Source of the DNA: Planctomycetota bacterium
GTDB taxonomy: Bacteria > Planctomycetota > UBA11346
Direction: 5' to 3'
DNA: 64,000 nucleotides
Assembly: GCA_044338255.1 (NCBI GenBank)
Contig: JBIILZ010000002.1
Coordinates: 23,043 to 87,042 of the forward strand
The first letter of the stretch is position 1; each line of letters opens with the position of its first letter. The notes beneath the pieces were generated by a model. The model saw only the letters and a list, made by a program, of their open reading frames with translations, did not search any database and was not told where the DNA came from. Both the position numbers and the translations under genes were made by a program. Shown here in pieces: positions 36,314 to 43,673 of the stretch.

Positions 36314-37669
36314 ATGTCGGCAGCCACACCTGCGGACACCGCTGGGCTCATGTCACGGGATGTTTATTGGCAGCGGCTCCGGTGGCATGCCACCGGAGCC
36401 GCTCTCATGGTCGCGTGTGCGGGCTTGGCGTGGCTGAGTCAATCACTCGTGGTACCGCGATGGCTTTTCTTGGCTTGCATCATGCTCGCGTGGTCAGCGT
36501 TGATCAGCGCCCTGTTCCTGAGCCGTTGGCAGCCGCCACCAATGCGGCTTGTCATCGGCTATGCCCTGTTCGCCCGTGCCATCTGCTGTCTGGCTTTGCC
36601 AATCTACGAAGATGACGGTGCTCGCTATCTTTGGGATGGTTGGATGGCGATCACGGGACGTGATCCCTATGTTTTACCGCCCGCACATTGGTTCACTGCC
36701 AGCGATTTACCCACCTGGACTGGTCCCGTCCTCGACGCGATCAACCACCCCGACCTGCCGACGATCTATGGCCCTGGATGCCAATTGGGTTTCATGCTCG
36801 CCGCCGGCATCAAAGCCGGTTCGTGGTGGGCTTGGAAGCTGGTGATCGGAAGTGCTGAATTGGGCACCCTGTGGCTGCTGGTCAGTAAACTCCCACCGCG
36901 CGGTTTCCTGATCTACGCCTGGTGCCCGCTCGGCCTGTGCGAAACGTGGATCAACGGTCATCCTGATGCGCTCGCGGTCTTACCGCTGACGGCGTGCTTC
37001 CTTTTTTTTCAGACCCGACCCTGGTTGGCCGGAGCCTTGTTGGGCATTGCCCTGGCGACCAGATTGCACCTCATGCCCATCGCCCTGGTATTCGGGGTGG
37101 TGGGTGGATGGAGGATCGGACTCTCTGGCGGATTAGCCGTGATGGCGCTCTATGTGCCGCTCATGGCAATGGGAAGCGATCTCGGTCTGCACACCACCCT
37201 GACCATGGCGACGACCTGGGAGTTCAACTCCTTCCTGCCAGCCGTGCTGCGACCGTGGTGTGGCGTGCACACCGGCACCATCGCGAACCTCATCAGCATG
37301 TGCGGCATGGTCGCCATCGTCATGGTCAGTCGCCAACGAAAGGCTCACGTAGCGGACACCGTGTTGCTAACCACCTGTTGGTGGCTGTGGTGCGCGCTGG
37401 TCGTCAATCCGTGGTATGTGGTGGCTTTGCTCCCGTTTGCCGCATACCGCCTGAATCCATGGGTACTGGGGATCATGGCGGCACTCCCGCTGTCGTATGT
37501 ACGCGGTATCACCACCGCTGATGGCCTGCTGCTGCCGTTCGACCATGCCTGGTGGATACGTCCGGGAGAAGTGGCGATCACAATTGGCTTAGGAATGCTT
37601 TTAGCGCAGGCTCTTGTCGGTAATCGTCGAGAGGAATGTAAGTCTCCGATGACCCCATTTCCGGGCTGA
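36314..37669 (+). CDS. polytopic membrane protein, second GT-C/DUF2029-like glycosyltransferase candidate
   Basis: Same layout as the 26171..27505 product: first-loop motif YEDDGARYLWDGWMAITGRDPYVLPP, then INHPDLPTIYGP and multiple TM helices. It is only a distant paralogue. Start trimmed to ATG 36314. Confidence 0.5.
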   Translation: MSAATPADTAGLMSRDVYWQRLRWHATGAALMVACAGLAWLSQSLVVPRWLFLACIMLAWSALISALFLSRWQPPPMRLVIGYALFARAICCLALPIYEDDGARYLWDGWMAITGRDPYVLPPAHWFTASDLPTWTGPVLDAINHPDLPTIYGPGCQLGFMLAAGIKAGSWWAWKLVIGSAELGTLWLLVSKLPPRGFLIYAWCPLGLCETWINGHPDALAVLPLTACFLFFQTRPWLAGALLGIALATRLHLMPIALVFGVVGGWRIGLSGGLAVMALYVPLMAMGSDLGLHTTLTMATTWEFNSFLPAVLRPWCGVHTGTIANLISMCGMVAIVMVSRQRKAHVADTVLLTTCWWLWCALVVNPWYVVALLPFAAYRLNPWVLGIMAALPLSYVRGITTADGLLLPFDHAWWIRPGEVAITIGLGMLLAQALVGNRREECKSPMTPFPG

Positions 37670-37780
37670 ATTAGGCCCTTGCCGGGTATAGCATAGTGGA
37701 GTTTGCTGGGGTCATGGTGACGTAGCCTGTGTCGCCGGCGTGAATGCGGGCGATGACGAGGCGGAGCCAGGCGCGAGGTT

Positions 37781-37949
37781 CCGAAATCGTGGTTGCGGAT
37801 TACGCCAGCCGGTCGCTGACCTCCTCCCACAACCCCACCGAACGCAGCGCGCGCTCCTGACGGCTGCGGCAGTCGTGCTCGCGCAAGGAGATGTCGAGAT
37901 TGGCGGCGATCGACAGGGAAACGTCTTCGAGCGCTGGAAGATCATCCCC
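37781..37949 (-). pseudogene. pstB-derived gene fragment (internal piece, decayed)
   Basis: Nucleotide-level match by eye to 31693..31879 (cgtggttgcggatt(a/g)cgccagccggtcgctgac...gatgtcgagattggcggcgatcgacaggg...gctggaagatcatccc), with an 18-nt deletion and scattered substitutions. No start or stop context. Confidence 0.85.
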
Positions 37950-38815
37950 AGCGAGATTGCGCCAGGCCATGCGCAATCCCGGGTATGCCCTGGCGGCAGT
38001 GCGCAGCGGGATCGTGCGCGATCCACAGGCAGAGATCCACGTCCTGGTCACCGTCACCGTCGACCCCGGCCTGCGTTAGGGCTTCGCCACGCAAGCACCG
38101 ACGATCACCGGCGAGCTCGATTCTGACATAGTATGTCCGCCATCGTCTGCAGCTGCCACTCGGCACGCCCCTGCGCGATGGCGAACCCGAGGCCGCACTT
38201 GGGCGCCTGCGCCGCAGTGATGTCGCCCGCAGCGTGAAATCCACCGTCGCTCCCGTGGGCCTCGCCCTGCCCGGCATGCAACCGGAGCTACAGCCCGCAG
38301 AGCTGAACATCATCGCTGAGGAAGCCCCGCTGCGCAGCGTCGAATTGGCGGCGGGCTACGGCAGCTACGAAGACGAGCGCGGCAGCGCCCTCCACCGCGA
38401 CAGCAACCTCTTCGGCTGGGGCCGCACCTGGGAACTCGGCGGCAATCTCAGCCAGCGCAGCCAGGGCACGCACACGCGCATCATCGACCATGATCTGCTC
38501 GGCATTCAACGCATCTTCAGCGTCATCCTCTGCGGTGGCTGGCACCAGGAACCCTTGTTCGATCGCACCTCGTATGCCAGCGAGTTCAGCCTGCGCGCAC
38601 CGCTCACCGATTGGCTCGATCTGCGTACCACCTACACCCTCGAAGCCGAGCGCGCCAGCGAACGTGCCGCCGTCTTCGACGACTCGCAGGATCAAGGCTT
38701 CGTGCTTAATGGCGTGCTCAACACCAGTCTGCTGTGGGACGGGCGCGATGATCGGCAGCTGCCCACGCGGGGCGGCCTTGCCGACGTCGGCTTTGGTATC
38801 TCCGACCCTGCGCTA
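37950..38815 (+). pseudogene. two joined fragments of the TamB/Omp85 fusion gene (POTRA/barrel region), decayed
   Basis: About 37960..38120 matches 21504..21663, with an in-frame TAG where the parent has TAC (ctgcgttagggc versus ctgcattaccgc). 38130..38815 matches 21922..22606, so roughly 258 nt of the parent is missing between the two pieces. The ORF 38234..38833 differs from the parent at 14 of about 193 residues by my count. Confidence 0.9.
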
Positions 38816-38867
38816 GGAGCCTGTCGGGAATAGATTCGGTCGGCCTATCTCCGACAGGCCCCTAGGA
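38814..38867. repeat. 54-nt hairpin element, copy 2 (same family as 18064..18116)
   Basis: ctaggagcctgtcggg aatagattcggtcggcctat ctccgacaggcccctagg. It starts exactly where homology of the pseudogene to its parent gene ends. Confidence 0.8.
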
Positions 38868-38898
38868 CGCCGCGTCGACCTCTACCTAAGCACCGCTG

Positions 38899-40818
38899 TC
38901 AATCCCGGCGGCGGAACAAACGCAGGCCGAAGGCCAGCGCCATGCTGAGCGCCATCATTCCGACCCCACCGATTCCGCATCCGGAACTGGAATTCTCTGC
39001 GGAAGCGGTTGATCCGGATGCCGACCCCACCGCGTCGATCACAAAGGTGTAGCCGCCCGTCGAGGTCACCGCGCCGCCGGGTGCCGTCAGCACGATGTTC
39101 ACCGCGCCGGCGGCATGCGCCGGGGCCACGCAGGTCACGCTCGTTGCGCTCACCACCGTCACCGAGGTCGCCGCCGTGCCGTCGAAAGTCACGCTACTCG
39201 TGCCGGTCAAATTGGTGCCGGTGATCGTCACCGTCGTGCCCCCGGCGGACGTGCCGCTGGTGGGAGCCAGGCTGGTGATCGTCGGCGCTGCCACTATGGA
39301 AGTGTAGGTGTAGCCGCCCGTCGAGGTCACCGCGCCGCCGGGTGCCGTCAGCACCACGTTCACCGCGCCGGCGGCATGCGCCGGGGTCACGCAGGTCACG
39401 CTCGTTGCGCTCACCACCGTCACCGAGGTCGCCGCCGTGCCGTCGAAAGTCACGCTACTCGTGCCGGTCAAATTGGTGCCGGTGATCGTCACCGTCGTGC
39501 CCCCGGCGGCCGTGCCGCTGGTGGGAGCCAGGCTGGTGATCGTCGGCGCTGCCGCCACGGCCGTATAGGTGTAGCCCCCCGTCGAGGTCACCGCGCCGCC
39601 GGGTGCCGTCAGCACGATGTTCACCGCGCCGGCGGCATGCGCCGGGGCCACGCAGGTCACGCTCGTTGCGCTCACCACCGTCACCGAGGTCGCCGCCGTG
39701 CCACCAAAGGTCACGCTACTCGTGCCGGTCAAATTGGTGCCGGTGATCGTCACCGTCGTGCCCCCGGCGGCCGTGCCGCTGGTGGGAGCCAAGCTGGCGA
39801 TCATGGGGGCCGGGGTACCGGAGAGGATATTGTCCAACAACGGCTTAAGATAACTAGCGTATACATTGTAGCCTGCGCGAGTCAGATGAATATTGTCCGG
39901 CTGGTACAACGCCGTCTTCCTGGTTCCATCTGAATTCACGAAAGCACTCCACATGTCAAGGACTTGGACATTGGGCAGATCACCAAGCTTCAGCTTGTCA
40001 ACTTCAGTATTCGTCAGCTTGGCACCATCGTAATGAGGATGACCGGGATCATGAAACGGTAGAATTTTGGCTACTATAATCGGGGCAGTAGGGAATTGAT
40101 GCCGCAGGCGCGACACACACGTCTGGACCCCTTTGGCTGCGGCCGGCGCGCCCGTCTCGCCAATAAAGAACATATTGTTATTTCCGATCATAAGGAGGAT
40201 CGAGCGGGGATTGAGGCCATCCCCACCGCCGTGATCCAAACGCCAGAGAACGTTATAGCTCTTGTCGCCTCCAATGCCTATATTCACCTTCTTGTTGTAG
40301 TTCGGGAAATTGAAGTCCCAGCTATTGCCCGCGCCATTCAGCCCCTCCTCCCATTGAATCGTGATGCTATCACCAACCAAAAAGACATCGCAGGCACCAC
40401 CGGGATTGGCCGTGACAAAGTCCTTAACCTTATTCACAAGACTCTCATGCATTTTGACGTAAGAGTCACGCGTTGCCACATCCGCTGACCATCGTTCGGC
40501 CCGCGGCGTAATCGGCCACCACTGAGGTGTATACTTCATCTTAAATGGATCCGTAAATCCCCGACCAGGGCGACGGTCACCCTCTGACTTGGTAATATTG
40601 TAATCCAGCGTTGCACCATCCAACGGCCAACCGGTCGGAGTTGGCTCCATTTGCTCGCCGGACAGGGGCACATACTCGTATGCAAAAGGCTGCATCGCCC
40701 AACCGGACGACCCCATGGCCAAGCACAAAGCAACCGCGATGAACGACTTCCAAATGGATGATATGGACACAAACCCCTCGCCGTCTGTTGACGTGACTGA
40801 AGCAGATGATCGACGCAT
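38899..40818 (-). CDS. surface/secreted SGNH (GDSL-like) hydrolase with three IPT/TIG repeats and a CTERM-type sorting tail
   Basis: Signal peptide (FIAVALCLAMGSSGWA). SGNH blocks (VFLVGDSITIQW; IGIGGDKS; LLMIGNNN; DNIHLTRAGY). Three repeats of 87 aa (APTITSLAPTSGTAAGGTTVTITGTNLTGTSSVTF...). C-terminus SGCGIGGVGMMALSMALAFGLRLFRRRD, i.e. short motif, TM helix and Arg cluster. Start trimmed to ATG 40818. Confidence 0.7.
   Translation of the reverse strand: MRRSSASVTSTDGEGFVSISSIWKSFIAVALCLAMGSSGWAMQPFAYEYVPLSGEQMEPTPTGWPLDGATLDYNITKSEGDRRPGRGFTDPFKMKYTPQWWPITPRAERWSADVATRDSYVKMHESLVNKVKDFVTANPGGACDVFLVGDSITIQWEEGLNGAGNSWDFNFPNYNKKVNIGIGGDKSYNVLWRLDHGGGDGLNPRSILLMIGNNNMFFIGETGAPAAAKGVQTCVSRLRHQFPTAPIIVAKILPFHDPGHPHYDGAKLTNTEVDKLKLGDLPNVQVLDMWSAFVNSDGTRKTALYQPDNIHLTRAGYNVYASYLKPLLDNILSGTPAPMIASLAPTSGTAAGGTTVTITGTNLTGTSSVTFGGTAATSVTVVSATSVTCVAPAHAAGAVNIVLTAPGGAVTSTGGYTYTAVAAAPTITSLAPTSGTAAGGTTVTITGTNLTGTSSVTFDGTAATSVTVVSATSVTCVTPAHAAGAVNVVLTAPGGAVTSTGGYTYTSIVAAPTITSLAPTSGTSAGGTTVTITGTNLTGTSSVTFDGTAATSVTVVSATSVTCVAPAHAAGAVNIVLTAPGGAVTSTGGYTFVIDAVGSASGSTASAENSSSGCGIGGVGMMALSMALAFGLRLFRRRD
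39047..39829. repeat. 3 x 261-bp near-identical tandem repeats (IPT/TIG modules)
   Basis: The landmark string gtgtagcc recurs at 39047, 39308 and 39569, an exact 261-nt period. Long stretches are identical between copies. Confidence 0.95.
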
Positions 40819-41000
40819 GAGAGCCCCGTAGCCGGTTTTGACTTTCGTCAGAAGCGCCGGTGAAAGTGTGCCCTGAAAGCGTATCAAGTGATGCAGATTT
40901 CGTCTGTCGCAAAAATTGTTACAACCGTATCAACCACGGCTGTCTAAACATAAAGAAATAGCCTGATTTTTGCACCTACACAGGGTGTCGGCTTTCCCAC

Positions 41001-41052
41001 CCACTTTTACCATCCACTTTCGCCATCCACTTTTACCATTCACTTTCAGCGA
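41001..41052. repeat. 13-nt tandem repeat x4 (ccacttttaccat / ccactttcgccat / ccacttttaccat / tcactttcagcga)
   Basis: Read directly. Lies in the AT-richer non-coding gap of about 440 nt between the SGNH-IPT gene start and tRNA-Leu. Confidence 0.9.
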
Positions 41053-41329
41053 CCAGCGATCTCCAGAAACGAGACTGGAGACCATCTCTACAAGACTACG
41101 TTGTCATTTTTCATACCCTTCGTTTTTTCGCTCTTTCGAATGATAAACCGCGAAAGAAACGAAGGACAATGAGCTGAAGAAAATTATCAATCAGCCGATA
41201 CCTACGGCGGTTACATACCGACCACTAAAACGCAGTCGATCAGACGAATGCTTCAATCCTGAGCTTGGCCCTGCCACCAGCTCGCAGGCTACACCTATTA
41301 GCCGCCTGATTCAGAATGGTATTACTAGT

Positions 41330-41415
41330 TGGTGCCGGAGACGGGACTCGAACCCGTATATCATTGCTGATGGGGGATTTTAAGTCCCCTGCGTCTGCCA
41401 TTCCGCCACCCCGGC
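41330..41415 (-). tRNA. tRNA-Leu (anticodon UAA)
   Basis: Reverse complement GCCGGGGTGGCGGAATGGCAGACGCAGGGGACTTAAAATCCCCCATCAGCAATGATATACGGGTTCGAGTCCCGTCTCCGGCACCA. It has a 7-bp acceptor stem, anticodon stem GGGGA/TCCCC with loop CTTAAAA, a long variable arm, the GGTTCGAGTCC T-loop and an encoded CCA. Confidence 0.92.
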
Positions 41416-41480
41416 AAGGGATCGCCCAGAGGGCTGGGGCAACACGCTGGGCCTGGGCGGCCAAGGTCAAGCCGGCAGGT

Positions 41481-43001
41481 TCATTTTTTGACGGGGGACG
41501 GTGCCTGATTGGGGATCACCAGACGATCGAAGGTGGAAAGCAGGACTTGGTGGATGGCGGCCTGCTCATCGTCGGCGAAGCCGGCGTCGAGACGCACCGC
41601 CACCCGCGCCGTCGGATTAAGCGCCAAGATCAATTCGTGCTGACGCAGATATCGGCCCTCGCGGAAGGTGAAGCGGAAACGTCGTGCCAGCCCCTGCGGA
41701 AAAGTCGGATCATCCTGATCGACGATGTTAAATTCCGGACGCGAACGCAGCGCTCCTTCGACATTCTGCCAGAGCCCCTCGAGCGTGGGATTCTCGGGCG
41801 TCTGGATGATCGATGCCGAGAGGTAGGAAGTCTCCGACTGGGGGTCGACCCAGGTGAAGTCGCCTTCGACACGATCACCGCGTTTCCAGTTCTGCGGAGC
41901 GGGGATCAAGGTGCCGGTCTCGACGTGCAGGAAATCGGCATTGGTCTGGGTCTGCGTGCCATCGCCGCGGACCATGTTCGGCAAGCCCAATTGGTTACGG
42001 ATGCCCTGATGATTGGGATTGGCGCGGAAGCCCGCCTCATAGCAGCGGTAGCTGCGGTCCTTGGTGCGTGGAAGGTCTTCACCGTGGAGGTCTGCCCAGC
42101 GCCCGAGCCGGTAATAGGCGTCGGCGTCCTTCCAGCTGATCTCGGCAAAGCGATCCTCGAATTCCTTGGACAAAGCCTCGGCGCGCGGCTGCCATTGATC
42201 CTTATACATCTCCATCCCGAGATGCCGGAGACGCTTGGCGATCGCATCCGCGTGGGCCGAGGTCCTGATCCACGGCAAGGACGCAACCCGACCGGCCTTG
42301 GTGGTATCATGGAGAATCTCGACGCACCAGGTGATAGCCTGATCGAGCAGCACAGGGTCCTTGGTCGCAGTCGCGGTAGCGGTGGCATCGTCGATGATCT
42401 GCGCAATCACATTGTCGCTCGCAGCCAGCCAGAACTCTTTGTTGGGCTGAGCGGCGGCTTGCTCGCGGATGCGGTTCGCGGCCTTAAAGCGCGCGGCATA
42501 ATCCGCCGGTGGAATACCGGCCAGTTGCGCGGCGATGATCTGCGCATCGGAAGGTGCGGATTCAACGGCGGTGATCGTGAAATTCCCCTTACCGGTGGCA
42601 GGAGTCACTAACGAACCGAAGAAGTAGAGATTGTCGCCTTCCAGGCGGGTCGCGAACAAACCGGCATCGCCCTCGGCGATGACCTCGGGGAAACTCGACA
42701 GATGCACCTGCTGACGCGAGCCGACAACAGCTTCGCGCACGAACTTGGCGTTGATGACCACATCCTTCTGCCCCAAGAGCATTTTCAGATTCGAGGCGTC
42801 GGCGGGACCCAGCACCAGATAGCTGCCATCATGATAGAGGACGAAGACGCGCTCCTGGCCACTGATAGCCATGGTGAAGGATTCACTCCACGGAGCGGCT
42901 TGCACCGCTGCCGGAGCATGGGCCTCGACCGCACCTGCCAAGGACACGGCGGTACCGCAGATAATCAGGGAGCGGGCGATAACATGCAGACGACTGATCA
43001 T
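41481..43001 (-). CDS. secreted hypothetical protein
   Basis: Signal peptide MISRLHVIARSLIICGTAVSLAGAVEA and balanced composition. I recognise no family. The long + strand ORF 41316..42611 opposite it is judged spurious. Confidence 0.55.
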   Translation of the reverse strand: MISRLHVIARSLIICGTAVSLAGAVEAHAPAAVQAAPWSESFTMAISGQERVFVLYHDGSYLVLGPADASNLKMLLGQKDVVINAKFVREAVVGSRQQVHLSSFPEVIAEGDAGLFATRLEGDNLYFFGSLVTPATGKGNFTITAVESAPSDAQIIAAQLAGIPPADYAARFKAANRIREQAAAQPNKEFWLAASDNVIAQIIDDATATATATKDPVLLDQAITWCVEILHDTTKAGRVASLPWIRTSAHADAIAKRLRHLGMEMYKDQWQPRAEALSKEFEDRFAEISWKDADAYYRLGRWADLHGEDLPRTKDRSYRCYEAGFRANPNHQGIRNQLGLPNMVRGDGTQTQTNADFLHVETGTLIPAPQNWKRGDRVEGDFTWVDPQSETSYLSASIIQTPENPTLEGLWQNVEGALRSRPEFNIVDQDDPTFPQGLARRFRFTFREGRYLRQHELILALNPTARVAVRLDAGFADDEQAAIHQVLLSTFDRLVIPNQAPSPVKK

Positions 43002-43270
43002 GGGGCACACCTGCCTTGATGATGCTGAAATACATCACATCGCAACCATGCCCCAGGAGGATCCCGGAACGCCTTCAGAGCACTCCTCAGCGAAAAGGAA
43101 ATTGCCTCTTTACACATCGAGAACTTCGCCATCATCCTGCGCCTCGCCACTAGATAATGCGCATGCAAATGCTGGTGATGAAGTTCCGACGCAAGTCGGA
43201 GGGAAGCGCGCAGAGCGCATGTAAGCCGGTTCCTGCCCGGCGCCTAAGAGGTAAATGCAGGGCTCAGTTG

Positions 43271-43346
43271 GGGGGTATAGCTCAGTTGGTAGAGCGTTTG
43301 AATGGCATTCAAAAGGTCAGGAGTTCGAATCTCCTTACCTCCACCA
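43271..43346 (+). tRNA. tRNA-Ala (anticodon GGC)
   Basis: GGGGGTATAGCTCAGTTGGTAGAGCGTTTGAATGGCATTCAAAAGGTCAGGAGTTCGAATCTCCTTACCTCCACCA. It has the G3:U70 Ala identity pair, anticodon stem TTTGA/TCAAA with loop ATGGCAT, and an encoded CCA. Confidence 0.93.
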
Positions 43347-43350
43347 GAAT

Positions 43351-43392
43351 CACGAGGCCCGGCTGCGAAAGCAGCTGGGCCTCGTGTTTTTT
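43351..43392 (+). terminator. rho-independent terminator after tRNA-Ala
   Basis: cacgaggcccggctgc gaaa gcagctgggcctcgtg followed by tttttt. Confidence 0.8.
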
Positions 43393-43476
43393 ACGCAGGT
43401 CTTCTCGATGTTTGACGCAGGTCGAGGAAGCGCGCAACTATCACTCTTTCCATCTTCACTCACATGCGCGAGCTAG

Positions 43477-43644
43477 CTAGCTAGCGAAGGCCGCCGGTGG
43501 TACGCCGACGCGGCGGGCGAACTGCCGGCTGAGGTAGCCGGGCGAGGTGAAGCCGCAGGCCCTGGCCACCGACTTCACCGATTCACCGCCAGCCAGCAGC
43601 GGGCGGGCGCGTTCGATACGGGCACCGGGCGCGGTGGTGCGCAT
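43477..43644 (-). pseudogene. remnant of an AraC/XylS-family regulator (C-terminal HTH only)
   Basis: My reverse-strand translation gives MRTTAPGARIERARPLLAGGESVKSVARACGFTSPGYLSRQFARRVGVPPAAFAS*. This is only the second HTH of an AraC-type domain, about 55 aa, below the ORF-track cutoff. Confidence 0.5.
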
Positions 43645-43673
43645 CCGTGGCCGCTGACGACATTTCTTAGGAA

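Noticed and set aside
37950-38815. Diversity-generating retroelement (template/variable repeat pair) as an explanation for the duplicated TamB/Omp85 segment.
   Set aside because: The differences between the copies include G>A, C>A, T>C and indels, not substitutions confined to adenines. The copy carries a stop codon, and there is no reverse transcriptase gene in the window.
41316-42611. 431-aa + strand ORF beginning inside tRNA-Leu.
   Set aside because: Its N-terminus is simply the translated tRNA gene, and the remainder is antisense to a signal-peptide-bearing protein with normal composition. I judge it spurious.
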